Shown: piece after piece, positions 1-12,708 of the stretch | Layout of the letters: every line of letters starts with the position of its first letter | Position numbering within the stretch: position 1 is the stretch's first letter | NCBI GenBank assembly: GCA_951406725.2 | Contig: OX597832.1 | Coordinates: forward strand, 40,734,001-40,798,000 | Reading direction: 5' to 3' | DNA: 64,000 nt | Origin: Octopus vulgaris | Lineage: Eukaryota | Position numbers and translations under genes: made by a program | Notes under the pieces: model-generated | The model's database searches: none | The model's input: only the letters and a program-made list of their open reading frames with translations | What the model was told of the DNA's origin: nothing

Positions 1-301
1 ATTGACTATCGTAGAGCACAAATGCAAGAGGCATATGTGGTACAGCATGCAATGGCTCCAACTAGAATCTGAAATGGCTCCAACTAGAATCGGATTTTAT
101 TTGCCAAGTGGTTCTGCCTGAACACAGAGACATAAAAAACATCTATGCAAACACATACATGTACATAATATGTGCAAGGAAATAGATAATTATTTAAAGT
201 TGTTGCAGTTACTAAATCTATATCTATATCTGTATGTATATATGTGTATATATATGTGTGTGTGTATATATATATACATACATATATATATATATATATA
301 T

Positions 302-427
302 TTCAGGGTCGATAGATTAAGTATCAGTTACGCACTGGGGGTCGATGTAATCGACTTAATACCTATGTCTGTCCTTGTTTGTCCCCTCTGTGTTTAGCCC
401 CTTGTGGGCAATAAAGAAATAGGTATT
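302..427 (+). mobile_element. SINE-B 3' half
   Basis: ttcagggtcgatagattaagt...cactggggtcgatgtaatcgacttaat...gccccttgtgggcaataaagaaataggtatt; matches the full copies at 994-1229 and 57963-58192. Confidence 0.85.
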
Positions 428-771
428 CATTTGCGATATTCTATGCCAGTGTATCTGGTTATACAGAAGTATTACCTTGTTTGGATATGGGTAAGGGTTG
501 GCTACAGGAAAAGCATCCAGAGGTACAAAATCTACCTCAATGAACTTCAGCTGCTTATGCAAGCATGAAAAAGTAGACATTAAGTGATTATGACGCTGAT
601 AACAATGATAAATGTTTTTTTAAAAAAAAAAGGGATCTCTTATTTTAACCTTTAAAAAGATGATGAAATATGTTGAAGTGAATATCTATTTTATTCCATT
701 TAAGAAAAAATGTAGAAAGAAAATGTTTTTCAATAATCTGATATTTCTTTCTGTTTCTTCTCTGTTCCCAG

Positions 772-819
772 ACTGCCATTAAAGAAGGTTATTTGATGAA
801 ACATACGAGCACTTTTCAG
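772..819 (+). CDS. DGKH: Type II diacylglycerol kinase (eta/delta-like), PH-domain exon 1 in window: TAIKEGYLMKHTSTFQ
   Basis: Polypyrimidine tract plus CAG acceptor (769-771), 48-nt open frame, CAG|GTAAAT donor. Peptide matches the DGKH/DGKD PH start (xxIKEGxLxKxTSSFQ). DGKH versus DGKD cannot be separated; invertebrates typically have one type II gene. Confidence 0.93.
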
Positions 820-993
820 GTAAATTTACTTTGTATTTTTTCGCATTCACATTTTGTTTTCTTAAACCTCTTTTTCTTGTTTTGCTGCTTTCACTGATTC
901 CCATGACTCTCTGTTGCCATCCAATTCCATTATTATGAATTTGAACTGGAAGCTTGAGTCTCAGTGAATTTTTCATGAACCAATCACACAACT

Positions 994-1229
994 TATTTCT
1001 TTACTACCCACGAGGGGCTAAACACAGAGGGGACAAACAAGGATAGACAAACGGATTAAGCCGATTACATCGACCACAGTGCGTAACTGGTACTTAATTT
1101 ATCGACCCCGAAAGGATGGATGAAAGGCAAAGTTGACCTCGGCAGAATTTGAACTCAGAACGTAACGGCAGACGAAATACGGCTACGCATTTCGCCCGGC
1201 GTGCTAACGTTTCTGCCAGCTCGCCGCCT
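994..1229 (-). mobile_element. Full-length young SINE-B (tRNA-derived) with 10-bp TSD ATCACACAAC
   Basis: Head GGCGGCGAGCTGGCAGAAACG with B-box-like GAGTTCAAATTC and central CCTTTCATCC..CGGGGTCGATAAA motif. ATCACACAAC at 983-992 and 1231-1240. Confidence 0.92.
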
Positions 1230-1433
1230 GATCACACAACCATGGACACCAACCCTATGGGTGTGTTGCAGTTGCTCTCTTAACAGAACTTGGTGATCCT
1301 GACTATTGATCTTCTAGGATTTCTCCACTCAGCATCAATGTAAGAATCACTATTGGATCAGTTGAGTTCTTCCACCACCTCTTTACAATCCACCATGCTG
1401 CATTCCCATGGCTTTGCCATGTACTTAGTAGAG

Positions 1434-1700
1434 TCATCATCATTGTTCGACCGTGGTCGAGACAATGGAATTTACTATGTTACGCCGGACTTCACGGTCC
1501 ATCATAGCATTACAGAGGTCCTGTTGCTGGATGCCTGTATCACTGGAGATTACATCAGGGTAGGAGAGTGTGCACCCTCTGGTATCGCGAGCAGATGGCT
1601 TCCAGAGAAGAAGAGTAGAAATTACCTCGTTTTCAGCTCTGCAACAATGTCCTGCAAACTGGATTCTACCTTTCACAAGAGATGATACAGGTGGTAATTT
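1434..1700 (-). mobile_element. RTE-clade LINE 3' end relic
   Basis: Minus frame KLPPVSSLVKGRIQFAGHCCRAENEVISTLLLWKP...YPDVISSDTG...AMMDREV...* followed by a (TGA)n tail; typical RTE C-terminal motifs. Confidence 0.8.
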
Positions 1701-2197
1701 CCTGTACAGGTGATAATTTTCCTGTAGGGTGGCTGAACAGGTGCTTTACCTTGCTAAAGGGCAGCCTGTAACTATGCAGTTCCTAGTTGTCACTCCATGA
1801 GGTATACCCAGACACCCATCTTAAAATCTCTACTAAATGTTTCAAAGCACCAAATTGGCAGTGTTGTTAGTGTTGGATAGAACACCTCATGACATTTTTG
1901 CCTGATTTTCTGCTCAAATCCCATTGAAGTCAGCTTTACCTTTCTTTAGGGGGTGATTAAAACAAAGCAAAAAAAAGAACAAAAAAGGTGCCAGTCCAGG
2001 CTGGTGGATTGTTAAAATTGTTAGAGCATCAAATGGGATGTCTTGTAGTAATCTGTTGGTATCTGTCTTGGCTCTTTGGATTCTGAGTTCAGATTCTGTC
2101 CCCAAACATTGAAAAATGGTGATACTTTTCTTTAAGAGTTGTGAGTGGCAGATAATAAAAAAACCAAAACAAAACAAAAAAAAAAACCAATCGAAAT

Positions 2198-2612
2198 AGG
2201 CGCAGGAGTGGCTGTGTGGTAAGTAGCTTGCTTACCAACCACATGGTTCCGGGTTCAGTCCCACTGCGTGGCATCTTGGGCAAGTGTCTTCTACTATAGC
2301 CCCGGGCCGACCAATGCCTTGTGAGTGGATTTGGTAGACGGAAACTGAAAGAAGCCTGTCGTATATATGTATATATATATATGTATGTGTGTGTGTGTGT
2401 GTTTGTGTGTCTGTGTTTGTCCCCCCAACATCGCTTGACAACCAATGCTGGTGTGTTTACGTCCCCGTCACTTAGCGGTTCGGCAAAAGAGACTGATAGA
2501 ATAAGCACTGGGCTTACAATGAATAAGTGCCGGGGTCGAGTTGCTCGATTAAAGGCGGTGCTCCAGCATGGCCGCAGTCAAATGACTGAAACAAGTAAAA
2601 GAGTAAAAAGAG
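2198..2612 (+). mobile_element. Full-length SINE-A (tRNA head, CORE-like block, internal TA/TG microsatellite, 3' tail)
   Basis: A-box-like TGGCTGTGTGG, B-box-like GGTTCAGTCC, CTTGGGCAAGT motif, (TA)n(TG)n hinge, tail ...CAGCATGGCCGCAGTCAAATGACTGAAACAAGTAAAAGAG. More than 15 related copies in the window. Confidence 0.92.
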
Positions 2613-3013
2613 TTTGCTTGGTTCAGTTGGAAGATTTACTGCCTCCACCACCACCACTACCACTATCACCAACACCACCACCACTACCATCACCACCGCT
2701 GTCACCACCAAAACCACTGTCACCTCCACCACCACCAGCACTAAATGTTTAACTGTTATCAGAATAGTTATGAAATATTTAAGATGCTTTGTCAATGCCA
2801 GATTTATATTTAGAATGTTTCTTTTTATTGTGGGATTTCTTAAGACTCGTTTGATGGATTTAGTCATAATAGGTGATACGTTGGTTCTTCGCTCTTTCTT
2901 GTTTCATCAACCGTTGAGAGTTGGAAAGTTGTCACTAACAAGGCCTGTTGTTTTCAATGTCTAACAATCAGACCATAAACACACACCGTATGATAGTACA
3001 TGCATACAGATAT

Positions 3014-3175
3014 AGGCCCAAGCGTGGCTGTGTGGTAAGAAGTTTGCTTCCCAACCACAAGGTTTCAGGTTCAGTCCCACTGCGTGGCACCTTGGGCAAA
3101 CGTCTTCTACTATAACTTTGGGTTGACTGAATCCTCGTGAGTAGGATTTGGTAGACGGAAACTGAAAGAAGCCTG

Positions 3176-3214
<39 letters not shown>

Positions 3215-3817
3215 TGCGTCTGTGTTTGTTTCCTCATCACTTCTTGACAACCAGACTTAGTGTGTTTACATACCTGTAGCTTAGCAGTTCGACAAAGAGA
3301 CTGATAGAATAGGTACTAGGCTTAAGAAATAAGTCCTGGGGTTGATTTGTTCGACCAAAAAAACCTATTAAGGCCCTGCTCCAGCATGGCCACAGTCAAA
3401 TGACTGAAACATGTAAAAGAATAAAAGCATACATACATACAGACATCATAAGCGCAAGTGTGACTGTCTGGTAAGAAGCTTGCTTCCCAGACACACGTTT
3501 CTGGGTTCAGTCCCACTACATGGCACTGTGGGCAAGTGTCTTCTATTGTATCCTCAGGCCGACCAAAACCTTATGAGTGGATTTGGTTGACAGAAAAGTA
3601 AAAGAAGCCTGTTGTGTGTGTTTATACAACACACACACATACACACACATTTGGGGTTTGTGTTTGTCCCCTAGTACCTCTTGACAACTGGTGTTGGTTT
3701 GTTTATATCCCTGTTCAGCAAAAACGTGACTGATACAGTAAGTACCAGGCTTAGAAAAAAAAGGAATAGTGCTGGTGTTAATTTGTTCAGCTAACCTTTC
3801 AAGGCAGTGCCCTGGCA
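3014..3817 (+). mobile_element. Two adjacent older SINE-A copies (3014-3427; 3451-3817)
   Basis: Same head/hinge/tail order as 2198-2612 but more diverged. Confidence 0.85.
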
Positions 3818-4218
3818 TACATAGCTATTTTAACTATAAACCTTTGTCTGTCCTTGTTTGTCCCCTCTATGTTTAGCCCCTTGTGGGTCGTAAAGAAATA
3901 AGAATAATTACTAGACTTTGAAACCAGAGTAAGTACAAGGATTGATTTGTTCAGCTGAACCCTTCAAGGCAGTGCCCCAGCATGGCTGCAGTCCCAAAAG
4001 TGGGGTTTTGTGAGACACCATTCAGCGAAAGGAAGTGTTGAGTTGAGCAACAAAAGGGTGAGAACCGTTGTCCCTAATATATGAAGCACATGCAACAAAT
4101 TGTTTATTATTTCAGAGAAGCAAAATACTAGATAAATACACCGTTCATATGTATGTGGTTGTTTATGTGGCTGATGGGGAAGATATATTTCCTGCTTTTT
4201 TTGCCCTGCTTTTTTAGT

Positions 4219-4445
4219 TTAACCCTTTAGCATTCAAATTTTTCTGTCAAAGGTAACACTTTTTCATTCAAATTGTTTTTAATTAATCCTGCATTATTTT
4301 GCAGTCTTGAAATTTTGATGATGTGACTGTATATTTTATAATGGCATTGAAGGGTAGGTATGATAGGCTTGATCTGGCCAGTTAGAACATACAACAGGAA
4401 GCATATTTGGGCCGGATATGGCCGGTTTAAATGCTAAAGGGTTAA
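4219..4445. mobile_element. piggyBac-type MITE family P2 (TTAA-flanked)
   Basis: TTAA|CCCTTTAGCATT...AATGCTAAAGGG|TTAA. Related copies at 27919-28147, 33402-34015 and 42742-43237. Confidence 0.85.
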
Positions 4446-4659
4446 AGTGATCTCCCTTAAGTTATTGTTAAAAGATGTTTATTAGCAACGGAGGCAGTAT
4501 TGATATCATGAGATAATATTTAACCCTCGCTTAAACTTGTATGTTCTGTTGGAACAAACTATACTGTGGTAAATACCACGAGAGAAACTCTCATATCGGC
4601 TTTCAGTGTTTATTTCGCTGACAGGGAGATGAATTAAGTTACTGTAATTTGAACACAGT

Positions 4660-4699
4660 TCTCTCTCTCCCTCACACACACACACACACACACACACTG

Positions 4700-4775
<76 letters not shown>

Positions 4776-4813
4776 TCTCTCTCTCTCCTCTCTCACACAC
4801 ACACACACACACA

Positions 4814-4847
<34 letters not shown>

Positions 4848-4894
4848 TACACAATGTCACTCACTCTCCTCCTCTCACACACACACACACACTG

Positions 4895-4970
<76 letters not shown>
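4660..4970. repeat. Compound (CT)n/(CA)n microsatellite array
   Basis: Alternating blocks of CT and CA repeats. Confidence 0.95.
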
Positions 4971-5267
4971 TGGCTATGGTTGTTATATATGACCCTGCTG
5001 CTGCTGATTGTGTGTGAACTGTGGCTAGATTCATACCTCCATGTTTCACACAGTTTGCTTGCACCCCATGAACAGGTGTCCTATATTGAGAATTTTTACC
5101 TCACCTTTTGCTTAATGGGTTAAAACCACAATTGTTAAGTCTAGGATGTGAAACAGTTTCTTGGTTTGTAGTGGAGGGTTTATACAGCATAACAATATGA
5201 CCCACACATGTGAGGATTGGTGTGAGAGCCTCAGCTCTTTTGAAACCCTAGATCTGTGGTATTATGA

Positions 5268-5268
5268 C

Positions 5269-5335
<67 letters not shown>

Positions 5336-5490
5336 CACCACCACCACCACACTACTACTACTACTACCACCACCACCACCACCACCACCACCACTACTAC
5401 TACTGCCGCCGCCACCACCACCACCACCACCACTTCCCTTGTTGCTACCCCCCACACCACTGCCATCTCCACCAGCCCCACCACCACCGT
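5268..5490. repeat. (CTA)n/(CCA)n trinucleotide array
   Basis: Seen directly in the sequence. Confidence 0.95.
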
Positions 5491-6682
5491 TGCACATAGC
5501 TATTTTAACTATAAACCTTGTTCTATGTTAACCCTTTCTCTATTCAATGAACTGCTCACACCTTAGAGTTGAACAATGGTGGCTTTTATCTTGTTAAGCA
5601 CAGGTGAGAAAAATTCTCACTGTAAGACATCCATTTATATGGTGTAGCCAATTGCTGGCAGCTAGGTGAACTAGGATGTTTCTGAAAGTGGGTTCCATGA
5701 AAAAAAAAAAAAAGAAAAATTCGCCAGTTTCATGGGATGTCTTTTAATAAAATTTAATTAAAATTTTATTTTATAAACCAAGCTTTTCACCATTTTCAAA
5801 AAATAAGTTACTACATATGAATAAAATCTCACTCTGAAATAATTTTTGTTTCGATTAATGTCTTATTAAAATTAGGCTGTTGTGGGTTTGTCTGTAAAAC
5901 ATAGAGAACAGTTCTATGATATTTGGGAAATGGTATAAGGTTGTTCCATGACAAAATATGTTTGAGAAACACTGAACTAAGTTAATGTATAATCCAATAG
6001 TCTGTCTAGAAACCTTAACCATGACTTTGTAGACACAAAGACACACACACACGCATGTATGCATGCATGCACATGCATGATTAGCTTCTCTCAGTTTCCG
6101 TCTAGGCCTAGGAGTGGCTGTATGGTAAGTAGCTTGCTTACAAACTACATGGTTTCCGGTTCAGTCCCAGTGCGTGGCACCTTGGGCAAGTATCTTCTAC
6201 TATAGCCTTGGATCCAACCAAAGCCTTGTGAGTGGATTTGGTAGATGGAAACTGAAAGATGCACATCATGTATGTATGTATATATATATATATAGTGACG
6301 TATATTTGCCATTTGAATATGGCTAACCCCTAAGGGTGGATGCTACTGTAGTTTGTAGCCCCAGGAAGACACCTCCTCCAGCTGGCTATAGACATGACAT
6401 ATGTGTGTGTGTGTGTGTGTGTATCTGTTTGTGCCCCCAACATCGCTTGGCATCTTTTTAAAATGAGGCTAAACCTTGGTTCTTGCACATAAAAGTGCTT
6501 AGTTCCTATGTGTCAATCTGAAACAACTCTCTTTGAATTGCAGTTATGTGTGGCTCAAAACTCAGTGCTAGTTGCAATTACTTGCAGTCTAGGATTTTAA
6601 GGGTTCATTTTCTTCCATGAAGCTAGCTTTCTTTGGAATTGTTTTTGGTTGCATTATTTACATTACACTCTTTCTGTTGCAG

Positions 6683-6745
6683 GGTTATCGACGGAAATAT
6701 TTTAAATTAAAAGGACGTAAATTGTACTATGCAAAAGATACAAAG
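6683..6745 (+). CDS. DGKH: Type II DGK PH-domain exon 2 in window: GYRRKYFKLKGRKLYYAKDTK
   Basis: tttctgttgcAG acceptor, 63 nt, AAG|GTATGT donor. Matches vertebrate [21 protein letters not shown] and is in frame (phase 0) with the previous exon. Confidence 0.95.
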
Positions 6746-7213
6746 GTATGTTGTTAATGTATTTCAGTTTTTTCTTCCTTAAATGTTTTCTGAAACCATG
6801 GGCCTGGTGCAGCCTCCTGGCTTCCCAGACCCCTGTTGCACCGTCCAACCCATGCCAGCATGGAAAGCGGACGCTAAACGACGATGACGACGACGATGGT
6901 GATGATGTAGCAATGAACCCATGGAGTCAACAGAACTGAATATAACTAACTTACAGCAGTGAATTGTAGAATCATTAAAAAGTCAGATAAAATGCCTTGC
7001 AGCAGTTGTTCAGGCTTTCTGAGTTCAAATCTCACTGAGGTTGACTTTGCTAAAGGTGTAGGCATGGTTGTGTAGTTAAGTACTTTGCTTTGCAACCATG
7101 AGGTTTCGGGTTCACTCCTGCTATGCAGCTCCTTGGGCAAGTGTTTTCTATGGCTGCCTTGGTTTGACCAAAGCCTAGTGAGTGAGTTTGGTAGGTGGGA
7201 ACTGAAAAAAAAA

Positions 7214-7432
7214 AAGCTCTCTGGTTGGAGTTCTTCAATCTTAATTGAAAAAAGGGTACTTGCAGTATGAAAACATTCTACACCCTACGCAACGATATCT
7301 GGTGTCCTGCAAGGATCTGTTCTTGGTCCTTTGTTATTTATTGTATACATTAATGAAATAGATGCCAGATTGAATCATGTTACTGTGTTGATATATGCAG
7401 ATGACATTAAACTGTATCTTGAGATAAAGAAG
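7214..7432 (+). mobile_element. CR1/Jockey-group LINE reverse transcriptase fragment
   Basis: ISGVLQGSVLGPLLFIVYINEID...LIYADDIKLY, i.e. the RT motifs SGVPQGSVLGP and YADD. Confidence 0.9.
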
Positions 7433-8159
7433 GGATCCAATACTCTTTAGAGGTTTCTTGGAATCTATCCCAGACACACTTTTAAACATCGTATACTGGT
7501 AGAATGTGTTTATAAAACATCTTTTTCTCTTGACTTTATTGAGAAAATTCTATAGTTTGTAAGATATTTGTTGTTTTTTTTCTTCAATTTCTGCAATTTC
7601 AACCAATCACTGACGTCTATTGAGGTAAACAACATTATGTGCCGTATGAATATATCCCTTGTTTAAGAAACAGATTGGGTTTATTTACATTTGTGAAGAA
7701 AAAAGATACCCTTCCTACCCACCCCTAACCCTAAAATAGATTGAAATGCAATAGATTGATACTAGGGTCATAATTATGGGTGACAATTTCATATGACACT
7801 GCTAGAAAAAACTGCCATTCAAACCAAAAAGATCCTATCTGATTAGTATTATGTATATGTAACAACCAAAGATTCGTGGTTTTGAGTTTTTGGGGCCTCA
7901 TACAGTTTCCCTACAGTCAGAACCACACCTGGTTTCTAGTCAAGTTCTGCATGGGTCTACACACATTTACGTGCATGTGTGCACATCTGGAATTAATTAT
8001 CAAATGGTGTAGATTTTATAGTAATTAAATGTTATGCAATACTTTGAAGAAAGTGAGATACTTCAGTACAAATATATATTTATGAAGCTCCTGCCATTCC
8101 TTTCTCCATCTTTGTTCATCCCATTTTGTTTATGTGTTTGTGTGTTATGTATTTGAATT

Positions 8160-8193
<34 letters not shown>

Positions 8194-8503
8194 TTTTGCT
8201 CTTCTCTTCTACATGTTCTGTCTTCTCACATATCTCCCACTTCACTTTACCTGGCCCACACCATCTCCTTCCTATTTCAATTAACTTAGATCTTGTTACA
8301 GATTTTACAGATTAACCTTACTATCTATCCATTTGTCTTTACCAAACACCTCACTATTGAAACTACATCTCACTAGCTTCCTCCTCTTCATTCCTCTCAT
8401 CACTCCTGTATGTTATTCAGTTTTCCATTCATAATATTTCAACCAAGGTGACAACACTTCTATATATATATTCTACTTCCTGTATCACTCTCCCAGAAGA
8501 ACA

Positions 8504-8732
8504 TTAACCCTTTCATTACCAACCCGGCTGAAACCGCCTCTGATCCTGAGTACAAATGTCTCGTTTTCATAAGTTTTGAATTAAAATCTTCCACCCAACC
8601 TTAGTCACAATTTATTTTCCTAACACTAACTGAATGATAACCAAGTTATTTTACTAAATTCTTTGTTATATTTCAAATTAATTGAAAGAAACACAGAGCA
8701 TCTCAAAATAAATATGGTAACGAAAGGGTTAA
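8504..8732. mobile_element. piggyBac-type MITE family P1, copy 1
   Basis: TTAA|CCCTTTCATTACC...GGTAACGAAAGGG|TTAA. Confidence 0.9.
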
Positions 8733-8755
8733 AATATATAATAGAGAAACAATTC

Positions 8756-8983
8756 TTAACCCTTTCGTTACCAACCTGGCTGAAACTGGCCCTGGCTCTG
8801 AGTACAAATGTCTCGTTTTCATAAGTTTTGAATTAAAATCTTCCACCAAACCTTAGTCACAATTTATGTTCCTAACACTAACTGAATGATAACCAAGTTA
8901 TTTTACTAAATTCTTTGTTATATTTAAAGTAATTGAAAGAAACACAGAGCATCTCAAAATAAATTCAATAACAAAAGGGTTAA
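8756..8983. mobile_element. piggyBac-type MITE family P1, copy 2 (direct orientation, 23 bp from copy 1)
   Basis: TTAA|CCCTTTCGTTACC...ACAAAAGGG|TTAA; body nearly identical to 8504-8732. Confidence 0.9.
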
Positions 8984-9430
8984 GTACTTGAAATGCTAGA
9001 TTCTTTTAATCTTTGTGCTAAATCATCTCACTGAGCTCTTCTACGAACTTTGATTTGCAATAATTTTCGCTGACACAGTCTGCCACTAATTTCCCCAGAT
9101 TCTGGATATTGCCATATATTTATTTAGTTATTTTGCTAAGGTGCTGGCTTGGCTGTGTGGTTAAGAAGTCTGATTCATAACTACATCAGAGTTGAAGGTT
9201 TGCTCCTGCTGTGCGGACACTGTTGGCCTGGGGCCATCAACCATAGTTGAGGGCTGATGAATTCTTGAGTATAGTGAGTGAATTTCACTAGACAGAGACT
9301 GGAAGAAGTCTGTCATATGTATGTATGTATGTGTGTGTGTGTGCGTGTGTGTTTGTTTGATTGTGTGTATATGGGTGTGTATGTATTCCTTTTCTCATGG
9401 TTTTTGTATACTGATTTGAAATAAAGAGTT

Positions 9431-9695
9431 ACCATGTGCCGGTGGCACGTAAAAAGCACCATCCATCCATGGCCGTTTGCCAGCTCCGTCTGGCACCTGT
9501 GCTGGTGGCACGTAAAAAGCACCCACTACACTCACGGAGTGGTTGGCGTTAGGAAGGGCATCCAGCCGTAGAAACAGTGCCAGATCAGACTGGAGCCTGG
9601 CGCAGCCTCCTTACTTCCCAGACCCCAGTTGAACCGTCCAACCCATGCTAGCATGGAAAGCGGATGCTAAACGATGATGATGATGATGATGATGA
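9431..9695 (+). mobile_element. SINE-C 3' module with internal tandem unit and (GAT)n tail
   Basis: GGTGGCACGTAAAAAGCACC twice, GGTTGGCGTTAGGAAGGGCATCCAG, CCAACCCATGCTAGCATGGAAAGCGGA..AAACGATGATGAT. Other C copies or fragments at 6799-6907, 10078-10280(-), 16695-16872, 21505-21735(-), 54747-54868(-), 56546-56700(-), 61445-61768 and 63754-63862. Confidence 0.88.
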
Positions 9696-11286
9696 TTCTA
9701 ACAAACGATGTCATTTGTTTGCAATCCTCAGCAAAAGCCTGTCTGGGATGATTGTTGTTGATTAGACTTGGATATATGTTCCCTTGTCTTGGAAACTGGT
9801 GAGGGTTGGTGATATTGAGGACATCCCAGCCATGGAAATATCTGTGTCACCAAAGTTTATTGCCTAACTCATGCAAGTGTGGAAAAATGGATGTTAAAAC
9901 AATGAAGATGTAAAATATTGTTTTAGTTAAAGTCTCTTTGTAGATGCCATACTGGCTTACAACTGGTGGATCGTGATTGCAACCATTCTGGTTGATTTCT
10001 GGTTCACATTCACTTATAATCCAGTCAAGATTACAGACATTCTTTTTCAATTATGTTGTTCTCTCACATCAGATAGATCATCATCATCATCATCATCATT
10101 TAACGTCTGCTTTCCATGCTAGCATGGGTTGGACGATTTTGACTGAGGGCTGGCGAACCAGATGGCTGCACCAGGCTCCAGTCTTGATCTGGCAGAGTTT
10201 CTACTGCTGGATGCCCTTCCTAACGCCAACCACTCCGAGAGTGTAGTGGGTGCTTTTCACATGCCACTGGCACGAGGGCCCAGCCAAATGAGATATAAAC
10301 ATCAATTAGACAGAGTAGAATAGAACTGATTAGGGTAATATGGTACCAGTTTATATTCTATCATTGGCATTGGATTATCTCCATAGACAAGAGATTTAAT
10401 GTTTACTGGCTTATACCATCATCATCATCATCATCGTTTAATGTACACTTTTCCATGCTTGCATGGATTGTATGGAATTTGTTGAGGTGGATTTTCTATG
10501 GCCGGATGCCCTTACTATCACTAATCCTCTCCTTGTTTCCAAGTAAGGTAATATTTCCCCATAGCCAGACAACATCTCAAAAGATTGGAAATGAAGGATA
10601 CCGCTTTCATGACAGCGACACTTGCTTACGACTATCATGTGATGTTGAGGAAAGGAGATGCTACATGTACGCGTGTGTGCACGTACACACACACACACAC
10701 AGAGGTTTCTTTCAGTTTCCATCTACCAAATCTACTCAAAAGGCTTTGGTCAGCCCACGACTATAGTAGAAGATACTTGCCCAAGGTTCCATCCAGCCAC
10801 ACCAATGTAAAAGAATAAAAATTAAAAAAACAACAAAACATTAGAATACAATGAGTCACTTGAAAAATAATGTTTTGGGTTTTTTTTTACATATTCTCTA
10901 AATACAAAATATTAATTATAGTTTCCTTGACTTTCAGAGTGTAGTATGTCCCACTTTGTAAAATCATTTTTTCAATGACTCCTGAATGACAGTCATGGTT
11001 GGGTTAGGGAAAGAAAGAAAGGAAACAGGATGTCATTCAAGATGTCCTTCCAAAACTTAACAGATTTAATCTCTTTAGATACAAAAGGGTCATTGTTTGT
11101 GAAATATATATTCTGATTTAAGGTAATTCAATCCGGTAACTGTATCATCAATAAAACCAAGCTTTAGCATTGAACTTGCCTCTCTGGTGTATGTAAATGT
11201 GTGTGTGGAGTAAATTTTATTTTTATATATATGTGTGTGTGTGTGTGTGTATGTGGTAAATTTATCTTTATGTATGTGTGTGTGCG

Positions 11287-11339
<53 letters not shown>

Positions 11340-12265
11340 GCTTAGGAATTTGCTTTGTAAGATTCCTGATGTGAAATGGTGTGTTAAAACAGATATTCTT
11401 ATATTTCAGGATGGGCATCTTTTTTTTTTCTTGCCGAATATACACACACACACACTCACTATATATATATATCCGTTCTTCATTCATTTATTCATCATCA
11501 TCTCCTCTTATTTTTTATCTTATGTCCATTGTCTGGAAATCTTTCATCATAGACTAAACAGAGCAGGAGGACACACATGGCTGGAAGAGTTGCTGATGAG
11601 GTCACAAATGTGTGGCGAACGATTTTCAGACAATGGACATAAGTTGAAATAAGGACAATAATGAATGAGTGAAGAACGAATATATTGTGTGTGTGTGTTT
11701 ATGTCCCCGTCACTTAACGGTTCAGCAAAAGAAACCGATAGAATAAGTACTGGGCTTACAAAGAATAAGTCCCGGGGTCGAGTTGCTCGACTAAAGGCGG
11801 TGCTCCAGCATGGCCGCAGTCAACTGACTGAAACAAGTAAAGGAGTAAGGAGTAAACTACTCTTACATAGAATTTGATTACATCATCATCTCATTGTCAT
11901 TGGAACCCTTGATAACTCGTTTTGTTGATGTTCTAATGAATTAAACTGACTGCATCCAAGGACAAGCTTGGCATGTAATTAACCTTTCTGCATTACTGAA
12001 TATCATTGTTGGTGGAAGATAGGTAGGATATATCTAATTTAGCCATCTTAACTTCTTTCACTTGTAATCATCTTCCCCACTCACACACACACACACACAC
12101 ACACACTATTTAATCAGAAAGGGAATAGGTGTCTGTGGTGGGGAGGAAGTTAAATGTAACCTAGATGCTTGCAGCAGAAGAAAGTCTGCTAAAGGCACCC
12201 AAGGACTTGGTTCTGGTGCAAACTGGATGAAGTTTGCCACTGTAGAACTCAAAATGTAAAGACTT

Positions 12266-12708
12266 GTCATGGACACATTGAAACTCCGACGTCTGGCAGC
12301 TGACTTGGAAGACACCCATAAAATTATCAACCATCTTACAAGCAATAACTCTGAGCACCTTTTCAAACTCCACCTGCCTAACACCCGCGGACATATTTAC
12401 AAAGTCAGAAAACAGCACAGCTCCCATGACTTTAGGAAACATTTTTTCACACTAAGAGTTGCTGAAGCATGGAACAAACTGCCAGCATCAGTTGTTAGTT
12501 GTCGGAGCACTGCATCCTTCAAAACTTCCATGCTTCCTGAGATTCACCAACACTACACCTGATTTTCTCCCCTCCATACACACGCAAGCATGTATCTGAC
12601 TCATACATTGTTCGCTTTCCAGACATTTGTACATTACTGCATATACTCTGACAAGTTGTGGTGCACCTGAGCACTGTATACAATAATTTCATTATTATTA
12701 TATTATTA
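12266..12708 (+). mobile_element. CR1-clade LINE 3' end (ORF2 C-terminus, 3' UTR, (ATT)n tail)
   Basis: MDTLKLRRLAADL..THKII...NTRGHIYKVRK...RKHFFTLRVAEAWNKLPASVV...FK*, the classic CR1 C-terminal signature. A related 3' UTR end lies near 48965-49010. Confidence 0.9.

Noticed and set aside
2198-2270. tRNA gene calls at SINE heads
   Set aside because: A/B-box-like motifs are present, but there is no complete cloverleaf and the heads continue into SINE bodies.
2232-2441. Recurring peptide ...EDTCPRCHAVGLNPEPCGW seen at many loci, suggesting a Cys-rich gene family
   Set aside because: It is the antisense translation of the SINE-A head.
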